From assembly GCA_022560555.1 (NCBI GenBank), contig JADFSZ010000033.1, positions 1 through 12,422 on the forward strand: a DNA stretch of 12,422 nt, written 5' to 3'. Shown one piece after another: positions 1-8,083 of the stretch. Origin of the DNA: PVC group bacterium (GTDB taxonomy: Bacteria; GCA-001730085; JADFSZ01). Each line of letters begins with the position of its first letter. Within the stretch, counting starts at the first letter, position 1. The position numbers and the translations under genes were made by a program. The notes below the pieces were generated by a model that made no database searches, had not been told where the DNA came from, and worked only from the letters and a program-made list of their open reading frames with translations.

Positions 1-253
1 CCGGGGGTATTTGGGCGATAACTTCATCAGAAATTTCTATTTGAGACAAATCAATAGATGGGACTCCAAAAAGCTCGGATTGCGCTAGAAGAATCTGTTG
101 GTCTGACGCAAACCCATTCTCGATGATAATGCGTGCGATCCCGCGGGCCCCATTCTCATCACGATAGGTTCGGCCTACAGACCCGGCATGAGTCTCGGTT
201 AATATTTCTTGTTTGAGCAACGCTTCTAAGAGTTGATCCATTTTTTCTTTCAT
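1..253 (-). CDS. Partial CDS (N-terminal 84 codons; continues past window start): T2SSE_N / MshEN-type domain protein, probably a GspE/PilB-family type II secretion or type IV pilus ATPase
   Basis: This ORF is not in the supplied track. The reverse complement of 1-253 reads without a stop: MKEKMDQLLEALLKQEILTETHAGSVGRTYRDENGARGIARIIIENGFASDQQILLAQSELFGVPSIDLSQIEISDEVIAQIPP. The pattern 'ENGFASDQQILLAQSELFGVPSIDLSQIEISDEVIAQIP' matches the consensus N-terminal domain of GspE/PilB/MshE proteins (...G.vseedLl.ALAeqlGlPfvDLs...id.e.l.liP). The ATG at 253..251 overlaps the larC TGA stop (252..250) as ATGA. Only the N-terminal domain is visible, so the ATPase identity is inferred. Confidence 0.6.
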   Translation of the reverse strand, partial: MKEKMDQLLEALLKQEILTETHAGSVGRTYRDENGARGIARIIIENGFASDQQILLAQSELFGVPSIDLSQIEISDEVIAQIPP

Positions 254-1416
254 CTCTTTGTTATAGGATTTCCCATATCACGCATGATATTTTTTAATGG
301 GATCCCGAGTTCTTTGGAAATTTGACGCACATCATCAAATTCGACATGGTACTTGCTTTGATATTTTTTGTTTTGAGCGCGTCTCACAAGCACGGCCCCC
401 GGCGCACAATGTTCCTTTTCATGGATGGAAGATACTATAGAACGTCGGGCCAGATAGTACCGCACACCAAACGTAGTGGTCTCATCAAAAAACAGATGAA
501 TAAATTTCATGAGATTTTGTTTTGAGACAAGAGCCGTCAGACAAAATCCCGGACGATTTTTTTTCATATATATGGTTTTGACACAAAAGTCCAGGACCCC
601 GTTCTCGAACATAATGTCGTAGAGGGCTCCGATATGCTCAGGGGTCATGTCATCCACGTGCGTTTCTATGACAGCAATTTCATCTTCCAAATAACCTTCG
701 GCTGCCTCGCCTATCAATATTCTTAAATAGTTAGGACATCCGATATCCTTGCTTCCCAAACCGTATCCTGTTTGAGTCAGCTTGATTTGAGGAAACATCT
801 CAAATTTCGGCTGAAAACTTTGAAGAAGAAGGGCGCCGGTAGGGGTTACGAGCTCTGTTAGGAAATCTGTTCCGTAGACCGGCATATTTTTGAGAAGCTC
901 AAGTGTTGCCGGAACGGGAACGGGCACACGGCCGTGTTCTGTTTGAACGAAGCCTTTCCCAAGCGGAACAGGGCTTGAATAAACCTCCCGAATGTCCCAA
1001 TCTTCAAAAATACATATGACTCCGACGATATCAATCAGAGTATCTATCCCGCTGATTTCATGAAAATGAATGTCATCGGGCGCCTTACCATGAACATGGC
1101 CTTCCACTTGTGCTAAACGGTTAAACATCCCGATGGCTTTTTGCTTGATCGTACCGGACAAATCGCTTGATTGAATGATCGTGATAAAGTCTTTTAGCGT
1201 TCTCGATTTTTTGGGCTCAGTATCTTTGAGCTTCATCTGTGTAAACCGAAATCCATTTTCAACTACCTCATCAAAGGAAACATCAAAAGATGAATCGCAC
1301 CTCAGTTTTTTTAGGTGATTTTTTAGCTCATCCCGAGAATACCCCGCGTCAATAAGCGCCGAGAGCAGCATGTCTCCGCTCAATCCCGTGCAAATATCAA
1401 GATACGCTATTTTCAT
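250..1416 (-). CDS. larC: LarC, nickel-pincer cofactor nickel-insertion protein (pyridinium-3,5-bisthiocarboxylic acid mononucleotide nickel chelatase, DUF111 family), 388 aa
   Basis: The N-terminus MKIAYLDICTGLSGDMLLSALIDAG matches the DUF111/LarC signature (MkilYlDcfSGiSGDMllgALlDlG). The His-containing block VEGHVHGKAPDDIHFHEISGIDTLIDIVG and the C-terminal block TTTFGVRYY...VEFDDVRQISKELGIPLKNI are also typical. I moved the start from the track's 1491 to the ATG at 1416, because family N-termini begin at MK..YLD and 1416 lies 4 nt after the larB stop. The track's extension would overlap larB by 71 nt. Confidence 0.9.
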   Translation of the reverse strand: MKIAYLDICTGLSGDMLLSALIDAGYSRDELKNHLKKLRCDSSFDVSFDEVVENGFRFTQMKLKDTEPKKSRTLKDFITIIQSSDLSGTIKQKAIGMFNRLAQVEGHVHGKAPDDIHFHEISGIDTLIDIVGVICIFEDWDIREVYSSPVPLGKGFVQTEHGRVPVPVPATLELLKNMPVYGTDFLTELVTPTGALLLQSFQPKFEMFPQIKLTQTGYGLGSKDIGCPNYLRILIGEAAEGYLEDEIAVIETHVDDMTPEHIGALYDIMFENGVLDFCVKTIYMKKNRPGFCLTALVSKQNLMKFIHLFFDETTTFGVRYYLARRSIVSSIHEKEHCAPGAVLVRRAQNKKYQSKYHVEFDDVRQISKELGIPLKNIMRDMGNPITKR

Positions 1417-1420
1417 ACCA

Positions 1421-2182
1421 TCATGACTTTCTTTTATAGGCCAATTCGTTAATGAGGGAGGCCTGGTATCCCGCTCCGAAGCCATTATCAATATTCACAA
1501 CACTAATGCCCGGCGAACAGCTGTTCAGCATCGTTAAGAGAGGAGCCAGGCCGTCAAAGTTAGCGCCATACCCCGTGCTTGTCGGCACGGCAATAACAGG
1601 AATGTTCACAATACCTCCTACCACACTCGGCAAAACACCGTCCATTCCGGCCACAACAACCACCACATTAGCATCAAAAAAAATATCCAATTTCTGCAAA
1701 AACCGATGCAATCCTGCCACCCCGATGTCATACGCTTTATCGGGCGCTTGCCCCATCCATTCACTGACAAGAGCCGCCTCTTCGGCCGCGGGAATGTCCG
1801 CGGTCCCTGCGGTGACAATCAAAACACCTTTTTTTGTTTGATCAGGCTTTTGTCCGCAACTGATCATGGACGCGTCTTTATGATATTCGGCTTTTGGAAA
1901 AAAATCTTTTACGGCATCATAAACATCAGGCGAGGCTTTTGTGGCCATAAACGATTTGTTGTTTTTATAGAGCTCTCGCGCGATACATACAATTTGCTGA
2001 TTAGATTTCCCTTTACAATAAATGACTTCAGGCAGAGATTGCCTCAAAGACCTGTGGTGGTCTACACAAGCGAAATCCATATCCGTGTAAGGGGCTTTTT
2101 GAATTTCTTCTATAAGTTTATCAAGCGAAACACGTCCATAGTGATAATTTTCGATTTGTTCGCGTAATCTTTCGGTACCCAT
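1421..2182 (-). CDS. larB: LarB, pyridinium-3,5-biscarboxylic acid mononucleotide synthase (PurE/AIR-carboxylase-like NaAD carboxylase/hydrolase), 253 aa
   Basis: The PurE-like fold motifs fit LarB: GVLIVTAGTADIPAAEEAALVSEWMG, VAGLHR, VVVVAGMDGVLPSVVGGIVNIPVIAVPTSTGYGANFDGLAPLLTMLNSCSPGISVVNIDNGFGAG. The size, about 250 aa, and the position immediately upstream of larC also fit LarB. Confidence 0.9.
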   Translation of the reverse strand: MGTERLREQIENYHYGRVSLDKLIEEIQKAPYTDMDFACVDHHRSLRQSLPEVIYCKGKSNQQIVCIARELYKNNKSFMATKASPDVYDAVKDFFPKAEYHKDASMISCGQKPDQTKKGVLIVTAGTADIPAAEEAALVSEWMGQAPDKAYDIGVAGLHRFLQKLDIFFDANVVVVVAGMDGVLPSVVGGIVNIPVIAVPTSTGYGANFDGLAPLLTMLNSCSPGISVVNIDNGFGAGYQASLINELAYKRKS

Positions 2183-2207
2183 AGATTCCCAAGCATTCAG
2201 GATTTAT

Positions 2208-3227
2208 TTAGATGGTCGGAGTTGCGTCTAATGTCATCATCGCTTCAGTCCCTATCGGCGGCTGATAATATCCCAACCCGGCAATCATAGCCGCGTTATC
2301 CGTACAATAGGCCCTGTCAGGATAAAATGTTTCAATGTTTCTTTTCGAACATTCCTCGAGTAATTTTTCCCTAAGACGGCTGTTCCGGGCAACGCCGCCG
2401 CCGATAGCCAGTTTCCGACAATCGTGTCGCTGACAAGCCGCGATCGATTTCCTGACCAAAACATCAACGATTGATTCTTGAAACCCCTTGGCCACGGACA
2501 AAATATCCTGTTCGCTCAATACCTTCTCTTTTTCCCAGGATGTCTTATTCGCCGGAGGATGAACTTTGTAAAGCACGGCTGTTTTAATTCCGCTAAAACT
2601 AAAATCAAGCGAATCTTTTTCAAGATACGTTCTTGGAAATGATACCGCCTTTCCCTTATAAGAACGAACCAATCGGTCGATTTCGGGGCCACCCGGATAA
2701 CTCATTCCCAGAACTTTCGCAACCTTATCGTAGGCTTCACCTACGGCATCATCGATTGTTTTCCCCAGTAAATCAAAAGATTTAAAATCTTTGACTAGGT
2801 AAAGGCTCGTGTGCCCACCGGATACAACAAGACTGATATAGGGTCCTGAGAGTGACATATGTGTCAGACACGCGGAATACGCGTGGGCTTCAATATGACT
2901 GACCGGAACCAAGGGGATGCCCCTCGCGTAAGCGATGGATTTGGCAAAAGACAGTCCGATAAGTAAAGCACCAATCAGGCCCGGACGATTAGTTACGGCT
3001 ATGCGATCAATAGAGGAAAAATCACAGTGAGCCTTTTTAAGGGCTTCATCCAGCACGCAAGTGATTGTCTCAATATGTTTTCGGCAAGCAATTTCAGGGA
3101 CAACACCCGAAAATTTTTTATGAAATTCCACTTGAGAATTCACGACGTTTGATAAAACTTCGCGTCCGTCCGATACGACAGCTGCGGCTGTTTCATCGCA
3201 AGATGTTTCTATACCAAGAACCTTCAT
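2208..3227 (-). CDS. tsaD: TsaD (Kae1/Gcp family), tRNA N6-adenosine threonylcarbamoyltransferase, 339 aa
   Basis: The canonical N-terminus MKVLGIETSCDETAAAVV is present. The metal-binding HxxxH motif appears as VSHIEAHAYS. The block SGGHT and the C-terminal CTDNAAMIAGLG are also present. The length is typical for the family. Confidence 0.95.
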   Translation of the reverse strand: MKVLGIETSCDETAAAVVSDGREVLSNVVNSQVEFHKKFSGVVPEIACRKHIETITCVLDEALKKAHCDFSSIDRIAVTNRPGLIGALLIGLSFAKSIAYARGIPLVPVSHIEAHAYSACLTHMSLSGPYISLVVSGGHTSLYLVKDFKSFDLLGKTIDDAVGEAYDKVAKVLGMSYPGGPEIDRLVRSYKGKAVSFPRTYLEKDSLDFSFSGIKTAVLYKVHPPANKTSWEKEKVLSEQDILSVAKGFQESIVDVLVRKSIAACQRHDCRKLAIGGGVARNSRLREKLLEECSKRNIETFYPDRAYCTDNAAMIAGLGYYQPPIGTEAMMTLDATPTI

Positions 3228-3235
3228 GGAACCCC

Positions 3236-4720
3236 TTAAAGGAAACGTGTTGAACTAAGAGATGACTTCAAATCCAACAATTTAGCTTCGCTCTGTTTGG
3301 GTCCGTAAAAAAGGATACCCTTCAGGAGATCCACGGCGCGATCCAATTGTTTATCTTCCAAGTTTTTTTCTTCCTCGGACTCATCCTCGGAATGTCCCAT
3401 CATGTCTTCGATTTCTTCCATTTCTTTTGAAGACGGATTTTTGGGATTTGAGTCACCCCCGCTTTCCGGTTTCGTCTCGTTGTCTTCTGATAATTCTTCA
3501 TCGGAAGATGACGAATCAGACTCTTCTTTTTGACTTTCTTCTTCAGGCGGAGATTTATATTTCTCGGACAACCCGGCCATAATTTCTCTGCGGTTTTTCA
3601 AAAAGTCTATTTCTTCCTCGCTGGATAAGTTCACCACAATATCCGGAACAATGCCTGTTCCATGGATCATCCGATCCGCCGGGGTGTAATATTTAGCGGT
3701 TGTTAATTTGATCGCGGCTCCGCCACGAAGCGGAATCACGGTCTGAACAGAACCCTTCCCAAAACTTTTCGACCCGAGAAGAATTCCCCGCTTATGATCC
3801 TGCATGGCGCCCGCGACAATTTCTGAGGCACTGGCCGATCCGCGGTTGATCATCACGACAAGAGGATAATCGTTGCCGTTTCTTGAAGCTTTTACGCGAA
3901 ACTGCATGTTTTGGCCGACAAGCCGTCCCTTTGTGTACACAACCAGATCGTCCTTTTTGAGAAATTCACTGGCTACTTTAACGGCCATATCCAAAAGACC
4001 GCCGGGATTATATCGAAGATCCAGAACAAGAGCCTTCATCCCTTTGGATTTTAAATCTTTAAGAGCCGCTTTCAATTCTCTTGAGGTTTTTTCCTGAAAT
4101 TGAGAGATGTAAACATAAGCAATATCCCTCGTGAGCATCACGGCCGTGTTAATGCTTTTAACCTGAATGATGGCACGGGTAAGATCAAAATGAAGAATTT
4201 TATTTTCAATTTCCCGATACACTGTCAATTTTACGTCTGTCCCGGGTTTGCCTCTCATTTTTTTCACGGCTTCATAGATCGTAATATCCTTTGTTGTATC
4301 ACCGTCAATACGCGTGATTTTGTCATCCGTCATGAGCCCGGCGCGACTTCCGGGAGTATCATGAATGGGACTGACGATTGTGAGAACATTATCTTTAATC
4401 GTTATTTCAATCCCAATTCCTCCGAATTCTCCTTCCGTTTCGACTTTCATGTCCTTATATTGCTCCGGCTCCATAAATTGGCTATGCGGATCTAAGGCGA
4501 GAGTCATCCCCTTGATGGCGCCATAGATGAGATCTTTGATCTCAACTTCATCAACATAATGTTCACGTATGAGGATCAGGCTCTCCGTAAATTCCTCAAC
4601 TTGCTTATATATGCCTTCGCTTCCCGCCTGAACAAGACTCGCGACGGGAAAAATTAAGATCATACCGATAATCATTCCGATGGCGATGGCCGGTAAATAT
4701 TTCACTTTTTTATGAGCCAT
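3236..4720 (-). CDS. Carboxy-terminal processing protease (peptidase S41, Ctp/Prc type) with an N-terminal membrane anchor, a PDZ domain and an acidic low-complexity insertion, 494 aa
   Basis: The N-terminal hydrophobic anchor is KYLPAIAIGMIIGMILIFPVASLV. The PDZ region reads GGIGIEITIKDNVLTIVSPIHDTPGSRAGLMTDDKITRIDG. The S41 catalytic blocks are LDLRYNPGGLL, INRGSASASEIVAGA (catalytic Ser) and GSKSFGKGSVQ (catalytic Lys). A conserved C-terminal DKQLDRAVDLLKG follows. A strong Shine-Dalgarno AGGAGA sits at 4726-4731, five nt upstream of the ATG. Confidence 0.92.
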   Translation of the reverse strand: MAHKKVKYLPAIAIGMIIGMILIFPVASLVQAGSEGIYKQVEEFTESLILIREHYVDEVEIKDLIYGAIKGMTLALDPHSQFMEPEQYKDMKVETEGEFGGIGIEITIKDNVLTIVSPIHDTPGSRAGLMTDDKITRIDGDTTKDITIYEAVKKMRGKPGTDVKLTVYREIENKILHFDLTRAIIQVKSINTAVMLTRDIAYVYISQFQEKTSRELKAALKDLKSKGMKALVLDLRYNPGGLLDMAVKVASEFLKKDDLVVYTKGRLVGQNMQFRVKASRNGNDYPLVVMINRGSASASEIVAGAMQDHKRGILLGSKSFGKGSVQTVIPLRGGAAIKLTTAKYYTPADRMIHGTGIVPDIVVNLSSEEEIDFLKNRREIMAGLSEKYKSPPEEESQKEESDSSSSDEELSEDNETKPESGGDSNPKNPSSKEMEEIEDMMGHSEDESEEEKNLEDKQLDRAVDLLKGILFYGPKQSEAKLLDLKSSLSSTRFL

Positions 4721-4793
4721 AGGGTTCTCCTGAAAATTTTAGACGTTGATGCATATAAAATTATAGTAAAAGTATATTATAACACTAATAGAA
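4721..4793 (-). promoter_or_regulatory. Putative internal sigma70-type promoter plus Shine-Dalgarno site for the ctp-tsaD-larBC gene group
   Basis: This is the only gap in the window longer than 32 nt, and it is AT-rich. On the minus strand there is an extended -10 element, TGTTATAAT (rc of 4776-4784). A weak -35-like TAGAAA lies 17 nt upstream, inside the end of the RND gene. A second TATAAT is the rc of 4760-4765. AGGAGA at 4726-4731 precedes the ctp ATG. This is prediction by motif only, and AT-rich DNA produces such matches easily. Confidence 0.35.
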
Positions 4794-7700
4794 TTACGTT
4801 TCTAGCCAATATTTTCTATGGACAACAGCTTCTTTTAGTCGTGTCCGCGCTTTCAAAAAACCTTGGCCGATATCCTCAAATATCACATATATGCAAGGAA
4901 CTATGACCAAGGTTAGACACGTTGCCGACACCATACCGCCAATCACGGTGATGGCCAAAGGAGACCAAAGAACGGCACCGCTTGCCCGGTCCAAGGCCAT
5001 GGGGAGCATTCCGAGAATGGTGGTTAAGCTTGTCATCATCACGGGTCGAAAACGATCAAGAGAGCCGTGAATAACCGAGGGATATAACCGCGCTCCCTTT
5101 TGGGCGCGCAGGTGGTTAATATGATCCACCATCACAATACCATTATTGACGACAATGCCAAAAAGCATAATGGTCCCGATCATCACGCCCATGCTAATAG
5201 GGAGCTTAAGTAGATACAGCGCAACAATTGCTCCCATCAGGGCAAGGACAACCGAACTCATAATAATGAGAGGCTGATAATATGATTCAAAAATGCTGGC
5301 CAAAAGCATATAGACAAGCAGCAATGTGAGAATGGCGGCAATGGTCAATTCGCGCTGATTTTTCTGCATGCGTTTATATTCTTCTCCAAACTCATAATAA
5401 TACTCTTTTGGAAGCTTGAGGTCTTTCAACGATTCTTTAATGTCTTCAACGATCCGACCGAGAGGATTGTCACCAATGTTAGCCGAGACATGAAACATAC
5501 GATGTTTATTCTTTCTAAAAATTTCGCTTGGACCTATATCGAAGGAATACTCAACAAGCTGTCGCAGGAATGTTTGTTTTCGAACCCCGTCATCCAGATA
5601 TTGAGTCAGGCTGAGTTGACCGATCGCATCAAATGTATCCCGGTCTTCGGGCTGCAGACGGGTTACGATTTCAACCTCGCTGCCGCCAATATCAAAAAAT
5701 TCCGAGGAAAGCGTTGACGCGCGAAATCCCCGCAGTTGGCCATGAATGGCATTGGCAATATCTCCCGTCGTAAACCCCATATACGCCGCTTTGATTTTAT
5801 CAACGTAAAATCTAAGTTCGGGACGTCCCTGCAGACGCGCCATTTTTGGATCTTCAATCCCTTGGACGGTTCCCATCCGGGATGCGATCGAAATGGCAAT
5901 TTCTTTTAAAACATCGTAATTATGCCCATAAATATCCAGTTGAACTTCTTTTCCGCCACCCGTGGACTGCTGTTCGCTATAGTAAATGAACCCGCCTCTA
6001 TAATTGGTTTCTATATCGTCCGTAGACAATCTCAATTCATCGATGATTTGCTGTGTGGATTTTTCTCTTTCTTCGGCAGGAAAAAGCGTAATATGAACCT
6101 GAGAGCTTGTCGGCTCGACATCCGAAGAATAATTTTTAATCTCCGGGATATCATCAAGAATCTTTTCGATCTCCTTGACCATGAGATTCGAAATATCCAG
6201 TTTGGCTCCCGAATCTAATTCCGCAAAAATCGTAAATTGCCCTTCATCGGTGGCTCCCATCAGTGTCCGGTCAAGGTTTTTGAACATCCCAAGGGACACC
6301 ACAAACAAAAGAAGAGCGACAGCGACGACTAAATACCGGTAGCGCAGAGCGGAGACAATTAATTTGCCATACAAGGATATCCGTCCTTTAAACTTCCTTG
6401 TTTTTTGAATAACCCACTTGAGGGCATCCGCCGTGGCTCTCACAGCCCTACCTAACCATGATAAAAACCGCGTTTGGAAAATTTCTTTTATTCGCCGAAC
6501 GGGAAATTTTGCAATAGACACGAACCATTCCCGAGCCGGCTTCATTTTACTCGCAAGAGTCGCAACCTCTTTCTGTTTACGCATGACAATCGATGTGTAG
6601 GAGGGAATAAGTGTGATGGCAACGAACAAAGAAGCAAATAAGGAATAGGTAACCGTCATCGACAGCCCGAAATAAAGAAGCTTAATCTCTTTACTGACAA
6701 ATATCAACGGTAAGAACACAACGACCGTTGTCAGCGTGGAGGCAATGATGGCGAGAATCATTTCTTCGCTGCCCAAAATGGATGCCCGGACCCGGTCGCC
6801 CGTCCGGACAAACATTTTATGAATATTTTCTAACACAACAATGGAGTTATCAATGAGCATACCTATCCCGAGAGCTAATCCGGACAGAGTCATTACATTA
6901 ATCGTTAAATTCTGGAAATACATACAGGCGAACGTTATGATCACAGAAATCGGAATCGATATCGTCACGGCTAAGGTCATGCGGATATCCCGGAGAAATA
7001 AGAAAAGAATAATAAGTGAAAGCACTCCGCCAAACATCAGAGATTTTTGAACGGAGAGGATCGCTTTTTTAATAAAGTCGGCCTGATTTGAGTTTTCTTC
7101 TATAAAAATACCTTTGGAGGCATACTCAGACCTAAATGTTTCCAGGATATTCTGCACGCCCTCGACCACGCTGATCGTGTTGGCCGTTGATTCTCTCTGG
7201 ACGTGGATGGATACAACACTTTCTCCGTTGATCCGTGACAGGCTCTCCGGCTCCAAGCTCGAATCACTAATATTCGCGATGTCCTTAATTCTCACTCCGA
7301 CAAAATCGTCCCGGGATGTTTTAATAATGGTATTGCCGATTTCTTCCAAATTCTTATACTGACCGATGGCACGAATCATATACCGATGTTCATCTTTTTC
7401 GATATCTCCTATAGCAAAACTTTTATTATTCTTCCCGATGGCGTCGGTAACCTCATTGATTCCCAATCCGAATACTTGGAGCTTTTTTAAGCTCACTTCA
7501 ATAAACACTTTTCGCTGTTCGCTTCCTCCTCCGTATGTTTTAACATTCGCTACCCCCTCGATACGTGAGAGACTCTCCTTCACTTCAGCGTCAATCAGGT
7601 TTTTTAACTCATTGAGCGGCATTTTGTCGCTTTTCACGGACAAACTTATGACAGGGACATCCGTCTCTTCATAATTCGCAATGACGGGCCTCTCAATATC

Positions 7701-8066
7701 TTCCGGCAATTTATGTTTCACACGCGCAAATTTTTCTCTCACCTCGAGAGAGGCAAAATCCATATTTGTCCCCGGTTCAAACTCCAGGATGACTTCTGAA
7801 CGTTCTTTACGGGATACGGACCGGATGGATTTCAAATGCTGGATGGTTCCCACGGCTTCTTCGATGGGACGCGTGACAAGCGATTCAACTTCGGTCGGAG
7901 GCAGCCCTCCCCTGACTCCCACATAAATCGTGATTTTTCGAAAACTGACATTGGGCATCAATTCCACGGGAAGTTTTGTCAACGAAACAACTCCCAGCAC
8001 GACCATTCCAAGATAAATCATGAGAATGGTAATCGGTCGTCTAACGGAAAAACTCGGTAAGCCCAT
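4794..8066 (-). CDS. RND efflux transporter permease, AcrB/HAE1-like, second of a tandem pair, 1090 aa
   Basis: The N-terminus FSVRRPITILMIYLGMVVLGVVSLTKLPVELMP is typical of the family. TM4 reads GLALGIGMLIDNSIVVLENI. TM10-11 reads GIVVNNGIVMVDHI...RFRPVMMTSLTTILGMLP. The 12-TM layout with two large periplasmic loops is evident from the hydrophobic blocks. The protein is paralogous to the upstream gene along its full length. Confidence 0.93.
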   Translation of the reverse strand: MGLPSFSVRRPITILMIYLGMVVLGVVSLTKLPVELMPNVSFRKITIYVGVRGGLPPTEVESLVTRPIEEAVGTIQHLKSIRSVSRKERSEVILEFEPGTNMDFASLEVREKFARVKHKLPEDIERPVIANYEETDVPVISLSVKSDKMPLNELKNLIDAEVKESLSRIEGVANVKTYGGGSEQRKVFIEVSLKKLQVFGLGINEVTDAIGKNNKSFAIGDIEKDEHRYMIRAIGQYKNLEEIGNTIIKTSRDDFVGVRIKDIANISDSSLEPESLSRINGESVVSIHVQRESTANTISVVEGVQNILETFRSEYASKGIFIEENSNQADFIKKAILSVQKSLMFGGVLSLIILFLFLRDIRMTLAVTISIPISVIITFACMYFQNLTINVMTLSGLALGIGMLIDNSIVVLENIHKMFVRTGDRVRASILGSEEMILAIIASTLTTVVVFLPLIFVSKEIKLLYFGLSMTVTYSLFASLFVAITLIPSYTSIVMRKQKEVATLASKMKPAREWFVSIAKFPVRRIKEIFQTRFLSWLGRAVRATADALKWVIQKTRKFKGRISLYGKLIVSALRYRYLVVAVALLLFVVSLGMFKNLDRTLMGATDEGQFTIFAELDSGAKLDISNLMVKEIEKILDDIPEIKNYSSDVEPTSSQVHITLFPAEEREKSTQQIIDELRLSTDDIETNYRGGFIYYSEQQSTGGGKEVQLDIYGHNYDVLKEIAISIASRMGTVQGIEDPKMARLQGRPELRFYVDKIKAAYMGFTTGDIANAIHGQLRGFRASTLSSEFFDIGGSEVEIVTRLQPEDRDTFDAIGQLSLTQYLDDGVRKQTFLRQLVEYSFDIGPSEIFRKNKHRMFHVSANIGDNPLGRIVEDIKESLKDLKLPKEYYYEFGEEYKRMQKNQRELTIAAILTLLLVYMLLASIFESYYQPLIIMSSVVLALMGAIVALYLLKLPISMGVMIGTIMLFGIVVNNGIVMVDHINHLRAQKGARLYPSVIHGSLDRFRPVMMTSLTTILGMLPMALDRASGAVLWSPLAITVIGGMVSATCLTLVIVPCIYVIFEDIGQGFLKARTRLKEAVVHRKYWLET

Positions 8067-8083
8067 AGGATTGCCTTAAGCTG

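Noticed and set aside
1-253. The T2SSE_N/MshEN domain could be a c-di-GMP receptor.
   Set aside because: By hand alignment, the positions expected to carry the RLGxx(L/V/I) start of the MshEN c-di-GMP motif read QLL... in the first half and GIA... in the second. The key Arg and Gly residues do not appear conserved. The protein is also truncated, so the claim cannot be supported.
1417-1491. The track extends the LarC ORF 25 codons further at its N-terminus (MIMASERDTRPPSLTNWPIKESHDG).
   Set aside because: It would overlap the conserved C-terminus of larB by 71 nt and has no LarC-like sequence. The family N-terminus MK..YLD..SG.SGDM begins at the ATG at 1416, which lies 4 nt after the larB stop.
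4721-4793. Possible rho-independent terminator or small RNA in the only sizeable intergenic gap.
   Set aside because: The only palindrome I can find is the 6-nt ATGCAT. There is no GC-rich stem followed by a U-run, and 73 nt of AT-rich sequence is taken up by promoter-like and RBS elements.
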